Notes under the pieces: generated by a model
Told to the model about the DNA's origin: nothing
The model's input: the letters and a program-made list of their open reading frames with translations, nothing else
The model's database searches: none
Translations under genes and position numbers: made by a program
In this document: piece after piece, positions 13,254 to 26,954 of the stretch
Layout: each line of letters opens with the position of its first letter
Position numbering within the stretch: the first letter of the stretch is position 1
NCBI GenBank assembly: GCA_964247055.1
Contig: OZ176055.1
Coordinates: 3,658,001 to 3,722,000 of the forward strand
DNA length: 64,000 bases
Source: Paragordius varius
Taxonomy: Eukaryota; Animalia; Nematomorpha
Direction of reading: 5' to 3'

Positions 13254-14435
13254 ATCTAATGTATATTGAGAATGGATAAACTGGTAATAATATAATTTAC
13301 AAACTCAGTGAGTACAGTAATTCCCGACCTCATAATGACTCAAATTAACAGCGACTTTAAATAATTAGATTATTTTCATCACGCACTTTTCCGATTTCAA
13401 GTAAAGTCCTAAAAGCTATAATCGTTTAAGTTGAGAACATTTTCACTCATACTTTCTATTTTTTGGGCGCATCATGCAAAAATAATAACGAATATTTTTT
13501 TATGTGGAGCATTACCAATTATATTTGAATATTACTTAAATTCTATATATATTTTCAAAAAGGGTCATCATGCGGTTAATGACCCATGTATTAGTCCAAG
13601 AATCGGGGTTTATTTGGACCGGCACACTTTTTATAATGTAGAAAATATAGCCCTTTTTATGGCTGGAAAGTGTTTTAAGAGTAGCTTTCCATAAAAAATT
13701 GTTTTTCCCGAATTAATAGTTAATTTGTTTGTTTTATCGGTAACTTACCAAAACGAAGGGTAGTTATCAAGCGCATTTACTGACATTTTATCCATGTGGT
13801 CATTGTGCATAATCTTACCATGTTCATTTCCTCCTATTAGAAATACACCTTATATTTTGCTCATGAAATATTAACTAACTGTTAAAAAGCCATTAGAACC
13901 AGTATAATAACGAATTTACAAAGTGTTGTAATAATCTAACCTTGAAAAATTGATTATAGCTGGAAACGTTAAACGATTTAATAGACGAAATGCAAAACAT
14001 GAAATACGGTACTGCATCATCAATATATTTGATAATGGTACTAATTAAATTTTAAATTTAGAGAATAGGACTCGTAAATTTAAAGCACATATATTAACGT
14101 TTAAGATGATTAAATGGAAAGTATGAAAAAAAAATGTAATAATTAAGGAAGATACTTAAATGCAATTTGCGCATTTAATTTATCTAAACCTTCGAGAGTG
14201 TGCTTAAAAAGCTCAATTTCCTGAAAATTTTCAACTTGCCAAGAATAATCTACTAAAATATGATTAAACGGATGCAATATGCAACAACTATTATAAAACT
14301 ATATAATATGGGATTTTCTATAAAATGGATTTTCTTTCATTAAATATCATTTTAACGATGTGACAAAAATATAAAAGTAAAATTTATTATGGATACAAAA
14401 TAATTTTCGCTTTATCACAGCATATTAGAAAAAAA

Positions 14436-17400
14436 TTATATTATTTGCAATGTATTTTTCAATTGCACAACCAATTGCCAATCTGCTTTGGTCATTTCAT
14501 CTCTGAAATAATTTTTCAATACGTCTATTGACGTTCGGGTAATCTAGAATCAATATAGATATTCGTATAAAAATAGAAAAAAAATTGTTTAATTATAGAC
14601 ACAAAAGAGTAAAGTATAAAAGTAGTGTTAAATGGGATAATATTATTTGGAATTAAAACTAGCTGGTAGCTTAAGGTTAAAATAAAATCCACGTAATATA
14701 GGGTTGATTTTTGACGGATCAACTATTAGAATTGGTCTGACCACTTTGCAGTCATTAAATGCAAATTTAACAATGTAAAACAAAACATAATTTGCTGAGC
14801 TAATTGGTACGATAAAATCTTCCAACATAAAAATCGATTGAATATCCAAAACAATTGAATAGTATTTAATTTAAGTTTTTTACAATATATGATTTCATAT
14901 TACGTGATAAATAAAATAAATAATTATTTTTAATAGCGGTCACAATCATGAATGCATCCCAAAACGGTTTAACCCAATCCTACCTACAACATCACATTTC
15001 AATCTTTCTACCACAAAAAGGAGAATATTAACAAAAGATTTTTAGTATACATAAATGTTAAAATAATTTTTTAAACATAAGACAAAAGGTAAAAAAACCT
15101 TTGACAAGAGTTGATTAGTGGAATCGAAATGACGTCCATACATTTTGGGCGTTTCACCGGGTAAAGTTTCAATTTTAATGCAAATTTCGGCCCCCTTTTT
15201 AGCGGCATCCATAGCCTTGTGATTTGCTTCAATACTTGTAACTACACCAATGTCAATTACTTGATTCTGTATGGAAAAAATTAAAAAATGCTTTATTGAA
15301 TAAAAAAAAATATTAATCTTTAAAAAAGTATATAAAATTATCCATGAAACTAACATTAAAAATTGAAATTATATAAATATTATAGAGAAAACATTATTTT
15401 TTTATTCCTATTTCAAAATATTAGTATGTTACCAAAATACATCTCATTCCCTATTTTGCTACCAAAAACAATAATAGATTATATGTTCAAGGTTTTAGTT
15501 CCAAAAAAAATTAATCTTTTAGTTTTACCGTTTTTTCTTTATAGGTTCAATTTTTATTTACTTCTTTAGGGTTTGCTACACAAAGTGGTGTATTAATACG
15601 GAGTTCACCTGATTCGACGCTTACCCCCAAAATGATAGGATCTCGCGTTTTAAAAATGTGTTCGGGCAAAATTTTAAGCGAACAAGGGAATATGGCATTT
15701 TCGCGATGTAAAGCTTTTTGTCGGGCTTTATAGTTTTCCTAAGAAAAAAGTATAATTTACTTAAATAAGCAATTAAAATTAATAAACAAAAGAGAGCCAA
15801 GTATAAAAACTTGGTAAGCCATGAAAGCATCAAATAAATGATAAATAATGTCGGCAGTAAAGATTTGAATTTTAAGCGAATCCGCCAATTCTTGAGCATC
15901 TCGATCGACTTTAACGTCAAAGGCTAAAACAATTGCATACCTAAGCAAACAAATTATTCCTTTAAATTGCTGTAAATGAATCAAGCAAAAATGATGAAAA
16001 TATATTAATTAAAAATTAAAATTTCATATTTTTTATATATAAAGGTTATATACTGTGGATTGTGTTCCAACATAGCGGACGCTTTAGTTATATCCTTTTT
16101 ATGAACAGGACCAATATTAATACCGGCATACTAGTATAACAATATATTTCATTAATAATTTTACCATTTAAACATTATATTATAAATTTAATAATAAAAT
16201 CAACATTTTTCAAAAAATACTGGAATTTTGGAAGTTTTTAGAAACTCAAGCAAAGCTTCTAAACTACCGATAGTAGAAGCTTGCACATAAACCCCAACAT
16301 CTGCTAGTTTAATGGATTGCAGTGTGTGTTTCATAACAGCATTTAATTGATCCTAAAATTGATTAAACATCATAATTTGGTGGTATAAAATACTTTATTT
16401 AATGAAAAATTACATTTTAAGTAAGAAACAAAATAATTATTAAAACATTGATAAAGGTTTTATATAGTATTAAGCATATTAACTACAATTATAACAGAAT
16501 ATATACGGACAAAACGTAAAAATATAAAGACAAATATATTTATTCAAAAGACAACAATATTTTTTAAACCTAAATTTTTCTTATAGAAATTATTTAACAG
16601 TTTTACTATATATAATAATCATATCAATTTCATACTTTGCAATATTAAACAATAATTTACATTTTAAATAAATAAAGATTCAAAAAATATGGTGGCCTTT
16701 TAGAAAAAAATAGTCTTTATACTACCTTTTGTCCATATATTTCAATTTTTACTGTAAAATTAACTTTTGAAAGCCTAAATATTATTGAAATTGAAATAAT
16801 TAATAGACAATTTTAATCTACGTTGAGCACCAGTAACACGGTTAATATTTCCTTTAATTTAGGATAAATAAAAATATATATTTTTAAATAAGTCATGATA
16901 ATAACCTACCTTTAAAATTTCAATTTCATCTGAATGTTTTGTGGTGTATAATGGGAATCCGGGAAGGGCTCCTTCTGTTTCGCGACCAATAACTTTCACA
17001 CCCAAAGCTGCTTGCACACTTTTGTGTTTTACATACTGATTCTGTAAAACATATTGAAACGAATTTAAAAATTCTAAACTTAATTTTAGTTAACTCTATA
17101 TTTATAATAAAGTGCATTTGTTTGGATAAGATACGAGAAGGTTCTTTCTTGAAAATACAAATAAAAAGGTAAATATCGAATACAAAATACAATAAACAAT
17201 AATTATATCATCCTGGTCAATTAAAACGTTTACAGTAATACCTGTTGGTATTTTTGGATTACTTTCCGAATCGTAATAAAAAATGCGTAATTGCATTTAC
17301 TTAATTTGATTAGACAAACTACAAATAAAAAGGTATTATATTTGCTTTTTTACACCTTAAAAAATTTATGTTTCAAAAGAAATTTTTTTAAAACCTAGTA

Positions 17401-20400
17401 AATAACTTACTTTTACGCGTAAATCTTTGAGCGGTTGAGGTAATAGAAGTCCTTTAATTGTTGTATGCATTGCGCCATCTATCGTGGCGAAAATCATAGT
17501 ATCTCCCTCTGTCATTGTCCCGTTTGTCAAAATGCAATCTAGCGTAGTTCCCATTCCAGTTATTTCTTTAACCTATAAATAATGCATATCTTAATATTTA
17601 AGGTGCCTGTAAATTACTCAAAATTTCAATAAAAATAATTTTTTGTCCTATAAAAGGTAACAGGTATTTTGTAAAATTAACCAGCATTTTTATTTTGAAA
17701 GGATAAAAAGGACAACAAAAATTTCATTTAATTGAAGCATAAAAAGGTTAATACTGATCAAATCAAATATACCAATCCATTAAATAGATTTATATATATA
17801 TATATATATTATAATATAACCATTAACATACCAAATATTTTTGGATACATTTCTTTTTAAAAACTATATTAATCAAAGTCAAACTTAAATTGTACTTTCA
17901 CTTTCATTAAAACATCCATACATAGGAAAATAACTTTTTTATACTTAGATAAAACACTATATTACCTCCAAAACACTGCATTCAACCGTATTGGGTAGGA
18001 AAGCCAGGGGATGTAAGTCTTCGCGTTTAGTATATTGACCAGTTTCCTTAGTTTTCACATAATTTGGAGGATTTGTAGCCAATTGTACCAGTTGGTATAT
18101 GAGTGTGGCCATTCCATCTCCACTGTGAGCCGAAGTAGGGACCATAGAAATGTATTCCCTACCATCTGGATTCGCATGATAAAGGCAAACGTTAACACCC
18201 TAATAACACAGATAACATACCATTCTTAAATTAAACTTATAATTAATATAAACAAATTTCTCGGTTTACATGTTATATTTAAGTTTGATATGGTTAAAAG
18301 ATTGAATATAGTCCCCAATTTGATTCGGTAGACTAAGTTTCATTCAAATATCTGATAACATAGTATGAAGAGAATGTACGATAACATGGCTAATAAATAT
18401 AAGTCAAACATATATTATATACGAAATTGGTGTGTCTAGGTAATCAATTTAACTATTATTAATATGGGTTCATTAATATTTCAATGGCCATAATTTTTAG
18501 TTTTTGTAATATCCTGCAATGTAATAGGATTGATTTTCTATATTATACGCCTTTACATTTCGCTATAAATGACTTCTCTATATTATTACAATTTGGATAC
18601 TTGTGAATAAGCATTCATTATATGTAAAATGTTTGACAAATAAAGTTGGCGTTTTAATACCGTTATTTTCATGCATATTATATTTTTTTTCGTTAATTAA
18701 AAATAAAGAAAAGAAATATATTCTAAAACTTTTAACTGCACAGGACAAAGGAAATTTTCTATGATATATATATATATATATATATTAGAAAATTTCTAAC
18801 TTGTTCAGCAAATTGTAACGTAACAGCCTTTAAGCGATCTTCAAATTCAAGCTTTACATTATTTGCCTGATTGCTTATGACAGTGTAAACATCATTTTTC
18901 GGATCAGTTTTCCATTGGTGTAATCGATCGATCTAAATTATATCAATATTTTAGTTTTCATCGTTTATATGTTTTCTAACATTACAGTAAAAAATAAATT
19001 TATATATTTAAACATAAATAAATACAAATATTATTTTATAAAAACAGTCATACTTTTTAAACCGTAATTTAGAAAGAACGTTATTGTGAAAAATATAATA
19101 GTGTGTTGCCATACGTCTCTGCTCCTTATTTTGCAACCCAAAAAGATAAATATTGAAATATAAGTTTTGAAAAAAATATTTTTATAAAAATCTCATAATT
19201 TTAATGTTTTGTTTTATAATTTCGATTTGTATTGTATATAAATTTGGTGTATATTGCTAAACTTTTTCAAATTAAAGAATAAAAGTTTGTGGAATGAAAA
19301 TTGAAAACATACCTTATTTAAAGCAACCAAAAAGGGTACATTTCGATCACGTAGTAAGCCCATGCTTTCAAGAGTTTGAGGTTCTAAACCATGCATAATA
19401 TCCACAACCAAAATAGCTGCATTGCACAAAGATGTTCCACGGGATCTTAAATTTCTTGAAATGAAATTAAAAAAATATATGTCAGAAAGGTTTTAAACAT
19501 TAAAATGCGTGTATTGTTTAAGATATAAACTATTTATATATAGTTGTTAAAATATGATATTTGGTGTTTTAACTTTATAAATGGTTATAAATAATATTTA
19601 TCATGGGCTATTTTCGATTATGGTACATTATGAAAAATTTTTAAAAACATTATTTTTGCAATCAAACTTATATATATACCATTTACAGTTCGAATTCACC
19701 CTTAAACAATTTAATTACACCCCAAACAATTCAATTTAAAATAAATTATGTGTTTTTTAAGATTAAATATTACCTACATTTTTTTATGTTTAAAAAAAGA
19801 AATTTTGCATGTAATAATACTAAAAAAATAGTAATGCCATAAAAATACATTTAATTTTAAAGATGAGTTATATTAGACCAAAATTTTATAATTTATTTTT
19901 AGCGTAAATTTAGATTGTTCGAGGTGAATTTGAATTGTTCAAAGGTGAATTCGAAATGTAAATGGCATAAATGAAAAATTATGATATTATAAAGATGCAT
20001 AAATTATTATTAATAATTGATGTAATGTAAATAACATTTATTAAAAGAGTTAAATAGTCTTATTTCCGCTGATATATGCAATGATGTTATATATTTTGCA
20101 TGTTTCAATTATGTAAAATTTATATATAAAAGCCAAACTCATACTTGAAAGATTCATGTCCAGGTGTGTCAATCAATAAGAAGCCAGGAATTTGCAATTC
20201 GGATTCTTTAAACTTCAATTATATAATAAAATTATCATTTAACCAATAAAATATAAATTCAAATTATTAAATAGATATATAAGATATCATTACTCTATAT
20301 TTATATTAAATCGTTATTCCAGAAAAAATGGCAATTAAAGTTATATTAAGGATTAAAATTGTATTTTATTATGAAAAAACTGTATTTTCATGATTATTTT

Positions 20401-23400
20401 ATAAACCTATATGATGACTGAGAAAAATATAATTGAGTGTTTATAACGCACTCTATAACGAAGTCTTAAAATCAAGGCTAAGAATAATACATTTTTCTAA
20501 AAAATAATAAAAATTTATCATATATTTTTTTCCTTTCAAATTATTATAATTTTATATCGTTAAAACATTCTTATTACATATTAAATATGGGCAAAATAAA
20601 AAAGTAAAAAGTAAAAATTTACATTGGTTATACATGAACAAGCTTGGCATATGGCCTCTCGTGGGACATTAGTTGCCCCAATTTGTTGGGTTATACCTCC
20701 GGCTTCGTTTTCTTGCACATTTGTGTTTCTTAACTTTTTAAAATTTAAACATTTTTAATTATTTTTTATGTTTATCTTGTATAAAAAAATTTATGTTATA
20801 TATCTTGTTTTAAATAAGGCATCAAATATCGTTAAAACAATTATTAAATATATTAATAACATATAAAGATAAACTGCACTTTTGATATATGACTGTTATA
20901 TTGTCTTATTAAAACAATCTCTGACTAAGATTTTTGGTGTAAATTATATTAAATTTTTTCCCATAACCCCCCAAACGATAAATAAAAATAAATTTGCCGT
21001 TAGCGCATTTTCATGCCCCGGCCAACACCGCGGGGAGGTGGCAATAGGACTTTGTTGGCCAATCATTTGTGATGGAGGATTTGATGGATAATATTAGGAC
21101 TCCATATTCGGAGTTTTGTATCCACGAAGTAATTTCCTCCATAAATTACGATCTTTACATTGTGCTGTGGAAAGGCTACGTTGATTCAAGTCCATTTTTA
21201 TATTATCATTATAAGAAAAGAGTTCTATTACCATCAACATTAATGTTTTAACAGTTTTTAAAGGATGGGTGGCGTCTCTTCTCTGAGTATGACCGTAGAG
21301 ACTCAATCTATTAGTTTGAATAATATAATCGATTTTGTCGGTTTTTTTAATAAATGTTGGTATTTCTGGGGTACGAAAGCAACTTTTGAGTATTCGGTTC
21401 TTACTAGTTAGGAGTTTTGTTTGATTAGTTTTGTTTAATGCCCAGGTTTCAGAACCATAGGTAAGAGCAGGTCTTATTCCTGCCTTGTAAACATACCATT
21501 TATTATGATTGTTAACATTTTTAATCGACCAAAGCTACTTAACATTGATGGACATAACATCGAATTGGTAGACTCGTTTGTTTACCTATGAGATGTCATT
21601 TCATCTCAGAGAAGCCCACAAAATGCTATCAAAAGAAGAATACAACAAGGTTGGATAAAATATAATCACTTAAAATATGTTTTCCAAAACAAAAATGTTA
21701 ACAATCATAATAAATGGTATCTTTACAAGGCAGGATTAAGACCTGTTCTTACCTATGGTTCTGAAACTTAGGCATTAAACAGAACTAATCAAACAAAACT
21801 CCTAACTAGTAAGAACAGAATACTCATAAGTTGCTTTCGTACCCTAGAAATACCAACATTCACTGTTGAAAACATTAATGTTGATGGTAATAGAAGAAAG
21901 GGACGACCACTCTTTTCTTATAATGATAATAGAAAAAGGACTTGAATCAACGTAGCCTTTCCACAGAACAATGTAAAGATCGTAATTTATGGAGGAAATT
22001 ACTTCGTAGATACAAAACTTCGAATATGGAGTCTTAATATTATCTATCCAATCTTCCATCACAAATGATTTTCGACCAAACTTGATAAGATTCACATAGA
22101 ATTTTGAAATTATAAACATAAAATACCTTATCTAATAACTTTGTTTTTCCCGTATCGACATGACCCATTATACACACAACTGGAGATCGAAGTGCACCAT
22201 TCCAATGCTTAATATCTTGAAATTTTGCTAACTTAATAATGTAATGAAAAAAAATTATGCAGGGATATATTCTAAAAATATTATTGGAAAACTTTGTAAG
22301 CAAAATAAAAACCTCAATTCGTTCCTTGATGCTTGTTACATTATCCGGGGGAGAAATACCTATTATGATACATAAAAACTCTTTAATATTTATTAAACAA
22401 AATGTTGGTACCAACTTTAAAGATAATAAAAACAAATTTTATTTAATGAAAATTAGAATTCTCTCAAAATATATAGTAATGTAAAGAGGCCAATTTTGAT
22501 GCTTGAGAGTATGTTTATTTTTGAAAAAAAAATAAAATATTATACTTAATCCATATAACGAAAAAAAATACCAATTTTATACAAGAGGTTTCTGACAATA
22601 TAAAAAAAATTGAATAACTTCAAACCTATATGATGAGGAGTAGAAATAGTTAAATGTTCCATTTTTTGATTATTCATATCATTAGTGTCTTGGGTGGTTG
22701 AGGGTTCCTGTTTTTGACTACTAGATTCATTGCTTGAATCCGCAGACTCTAATGAAGGAACTGATGAGGTAACTTCCCAATCACTCATAATACCATCTAT
22801 TATGTGTTATATTTCACTTAAAAAAATTGTAAAAATATTGTAAGAGTGTTTAAAAATAATTCTTAATTGGTATATAATGGAGAACTAAGTTCATAAACAT
22901 GGAATATAGAGCCCAATAATTTAAAAGTTATCAAATTAACAAAAATAGGAATGAAAAATAATTCTTAGAATGCATTTTATAATGGAGATAAACCTAAGAT
23001 CATAAAAATATTGGAATATTTTGGCATCGTTATCAAAACTTTAGGGATATTGGATGTAGTGATAAAAATTAGATCCTAATAGAAACCATAATATAATAAT
23101 AGATTTGTGTATTTAAACTATATGAAAAATAGATGGTTTAAATTATAGATTGCAATGTAAATATCAGTCTTATTAAAACCTCTTTTAACGATCCCACTTT
23201 TTCATTCATCGCCACACATTTTTTAACGACTCTAAAAAATTTCTTTAAAACTTTTTTAAATGTTTACCCGATTCTGATTGTTCCTCACTCTTTTCATCTG
23301 TTTCACTTTGTGATTCGATGTCATCATCCAATTTAGCTTCCAAAGCGCCATCATTTTGAATTTCTGTTTGTTCTTTTTTGTCCTCCATTTTGTTGGTTGG

Positions 23401-25767
23401 TAATTCTTTACTATTCGCATTGTCACCTTCTTGACTTTGTTTAGTTGTTGTGTGATTACGTTTTTTCCTATGATCATAAATGACACGTTTTTTGGGCGCA
23501 GTTTGTGATGACTCTACCAAGCTACCATCATCGTTAGTGGTGACATGATTAGAAGTTATTTGTAAACCTTTTTTAATATATAATGACAAATGATTGACAT
23601 AGGGGATTAAAAGAAGAATGTTTTGAAAATATAAATTGGCAAAAAACTCAATATGGGTAAAATATTTTTTTAATTTTGGCAATGTAATTTCGATAGAATA
23701 TAAAAAGAAATATATTGTTACATTTGAAAAAGTCATGTTTTTATATAACTTATATACGATTGTAAAATATTTGAGTATATAACCAATTTACAAATCCATA
23801 ACAACTTAATTAATATAAATTTAAAATTTTCCTAAAAAAAATTTTTTTATTTACATTAAGAGCAGGGATGTTTAACACAAATAAGAGAAATTTTAATTAC
23901 AAAATTTAAATAATCATTGGAAATTTTGGTAAGGAACTAGCAAAAAAATGTTAAAACAAAAAGCTCATATTTAAAATCCAATAATAAGTTTGATAATGCC
24001 AATATAATTTAAGAATGCGGCCCGCCGAATTTTTTAACCCTAAAAATGCGGCCCGTGAAGCCAATTGTATTGTACAGCCCTGGCTTAAAGTGTAAATTAG
24101 ATTTTCGGATATAATAAAAAATATACTATTTACAGTTCAAATTCACCCTTGAACAATTCAACACTCTCGAACATTTCAAATTCACCCTATGTGTTTTCTA
24201 GCTAATATAACTCATCATTAATATGAAATAAAAATTTTCTACATAGTTTAATATTTTTTCAGTATTATTTAAATTTAAAACAAAAATTTATATTTAAAAC
24301 ATATATAAAAATATGGGTAATTTTTAATCATAAAAAATATATAATTTATTTGAGGGGTAATTTGAATTGTTTAAGGGTGAATTTGAATCGTAAATGGTAA
24401 ATGAAAATCATTAAAATTTTTTGTGACATTGTAATACTTTGTTGTTTCATGGATTCAAATAAGGCCACAGCTTTTTCCCTCGCCAATTTTTGGGCTTTCG
24501 TTAAAAGTTTGCCTTCAGCTTTGAGTTTTTCTTTGCGTTCTTTTTCTTTTTGCCGTTTTCGTTCTTTTCTCTCTTCTTCCAATCGTATCTATAAAAAGAA
24601 ATTATTCGATTAAAATATATGTATAAAAGTAATATTTAAAGATAAAAATATTTAACATCTGGTTGGGATGCAAACTCTCACTTATAGAGGTGAAAATTGG
24701 TAAGCTCAATTATATATATATATAATTATAAGATTATAATTTTTATCATTTAGGTTATATATTAAAAAAAAACAAGTCTAATCAAAACAATCTACTCTTA
24801 GTTTTTACAAAAGGTGATCCAACTAACTCCACGCGGAAGAGCAGTAAGACTTTTAATGCTTTTTCAAAAAGTTTTTACCGGAAATATTGAATAACAATGA
24901 TCAAAATATTTAATTAATAGGTTATGCTAAAAAATTTTTAATAAAAAGTATTCAATTTTATGAGATAATTAACTTTTTCAAGTCTTTGTTGTTCAGCCTC
25001 TTCCTCGGCACGGATTTTGGCTTGCTCGGCTTCTTCGAAGGCTCGTTCCTCTTCCTCACGCCTTTTCAATGCTTCTTTCAACAAAGCCAACTAAGACAAT
25101 GTATATTAAACAAATACTCTTAAAAATTCACAGTAATGTGTAGTGTAAAATATAACTGAGCTAGAATAATATATGGCAAAAATTGATATAATCTTATTTT
25201 CATAACTTGCAATGCAATAAAAATTTTACCGTTGCATAGAAAATCGAATAATCTAAATAGAGCGCAAAAAAATGCAAATGGCTAAATCTTAATTTTTTAA
25301 TAAGGTATTAAATAAAATTGTCTATGTACTAATCATTAAATTATAATCAACTATAAAAGATTTAAAAGATAATTCGGTATCACGTAATAAATATTATGTA
25401 AGAATCACCTGGGCCTTATTCAATTTCTTTTTCCCATCATCTTTTTTGTCACCGGTATCTTTTTTCTTGGCGTCTTTTTTCTTTTTTTCAGTTTTGCCTT
25501 TTTTATCTGGTTCTTCGGAATTTGTTGTTTTCTCAGGTATTAAATCATTTGTGATATTACTGGAGATAGTCTTATTGGCGATTTTATCTAAAACTTAATA
25601 TATTTCGTACCATTAACAGTTATATTATTATCATCTTTAACCGGAACATTTTGTTTTGGTTTTTCTTTTTTAGGTTTCTCCTTTTTTTTCTTCTTTTTTC
25701 TCTCATCTTCTTCGCTTTCCAAGCCCTTTAAATATTCGGCTTCTTGTTCAGCGTCTACTTCCAACAT
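14436..25767 (-). CDS. EIF5B: Eukaryotic translation initiation factor 5B, 999 aa
   Basis: 21 exons: 25767-25611, 25587-25409, 25090-24974, 24588-24438, 23567-23268, 22796-22626, 22359-22313, 22231-22127, 20733-20623, 20212-20145, 19454-19313, 18932-18801, 18199-17966, 17572-17411, 17041-16910, 16352-16221, 16130-16054, 15940-15811, 15738-15562, 15266-15099, 14543-14436. Total 3000 nt, in frame. G-domain motifs [57 protein letters not shown]. Later domains [42 protein letters not shown]. The start ATG is preceded by an in-frame TAA. Confidence 0.97.
19677..19967. mobile_element. MITE family A, copy 2 (eIF5B intron)
   Basis: taccatttacagttcgaattcacccttaaacaatt ... ggtgaattcgaaatgtaaatggca; homologous to 9524-9855. 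Confidence 0.7.
21061..22070. repeat. Long inverted repeat built from an RTE-type LINE 3' fragment, in eIF5B intron 8
   Basis: Arms 21061-21522 and 21691-22070 are reverse complements with high visible identity. The + strand 21545-22040 translates, with stops, to RT C-terminal motifs: [53 protein letters not shown]. Confidence 0.85.
23863..24082. mobile_element. Short degenerate hAT MITE (CAGGG...GCGGCCCG...CCCTG)
   Basis: Termini cagggatgtttaac and gtacagccctg, with two subterminal aatgcggcccg motifs typical of Charlie-type hAT ends. TSD imperfect. Confidence 0.4.
24124..24399. mobile_element. MITE family A, copy 3 (eIF5B intron)
   Basis: tactatttacagttcaaattcacccttgaacaattc ... gggtgaatttgaatcgtaaatggta; homologous to copies 1 and 2. 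Confidence 0.7.
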
Positions 25768-25891
25768 TTGGTTTTAACTTTTTATGAAATACCAGCAAAC
25801 ACCTATAAATGTATTTATTATAATTTTAATTGGGAAACAATCAATACTGGATGTGAAAAAAGTAAGGAAGATACCGCTTATTTTTATACAT

Positions 25892-25930
<39 letters not shown>

Positions 25931-26954
25931 CTTAAATTATTTAATTTTTTAAAGTTAATAAATAAAAATTTTAGATGTAAAAATCGGTGCTTTTTTCCAA
26001 AGTCTCCAGTTATAACAAAGGGTGGCATACTTCCATAGACTTTTTTAAACCTTATCCAATTTTATTTAACTATTTATTTAGAAACTCTAAAATTAAAATT
26101 ACCCGTTTCTCAATTGTGTTGTGAGAAAATTCTGTATGGCTTTTTGCCCCAGAAATAATGGTTAAAAACTAGAAATTAAATTTTATTTACTCCCCTAAGT
26201 TAACAAACACCATCAAAACTACAAATTCTTTTCAATATTAAAGAAATTAGCAAAACTTTATTTTTATATTAGAATTTTACATTCTCTGAACCTAAAATTA
26301 ATTTATGTGTTTTGATCCATATACACTGCGTCCGAAATTATGGATCATAAAAAAATATCCTAACAATCTTTTAATAGAAAAGGAATAGGATTCTAATGGC
26401 ACTTTAAGCTTTGGGGCTTACTCAGTGATATAATGTTATTTGTACGTTAGTGGTAATTGCCGGATATTGTAAAATTAAAAAATTCCCACATCGTGTTTAA
26501 TTACATTTTTTGGCGAATTCTAAATGTATCCAAAAAAATATCAATTAAAATATATGATATACTATATTTAAAATGCATATAAATGTTTTTATAAAATTTT
26601 ATATAGAGATAGGCCGAAAGTCTGAAATCTTTTCTCCCCCTCTAAAATGGGCTAAATCTCTTAAAATAAACCCACAAATGCCGGGACTTTAGATAAATAT
26701 CTTAAAGTGCTTTTATAACGTTTCCTCGACACTTCGAAATACCTTTAATCTCGCTTCATCATAATTTTACTATAAATTAAATTTTAACACAATTTTAATT
26801 TTCGGCCCAAAATTTTTTATAATGTCAAAATTTAGTACATATAAAAAAATTTATTGGTAATAGCGGGATTTTTTTACTTTATTTGACACTTGGATACAAC
26901 ATATTCATTTCAGTTCTTTATTATTTGGGGTAATTGGAGACCAACCTTTTTTAA

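Noticed and set aside
13431-13694. 87-aa ORF between AAR2 and eIF5B
   Set aside because: No ATG start, no recognisable domain, and repeat-like composition.
13780-14050. Possible Penelope/GIY-YIG remnant (FYPCGHC..., IYKVL...)
   Set aside because: Too degraded; the motifs lie in different frames and could be chance.
16740-16860. Possible extra eIF5B exon (NINRVTGAQ)
   Set aside because: The flanking exons already join in frame and match the conserved sequence; including it breaks homology.
24640-24860. GC-richer patches in an eIF5B intron as snoRNA candidates
   Set aside because: No convincing C/D or H/ACA boxes with the required hairpins.
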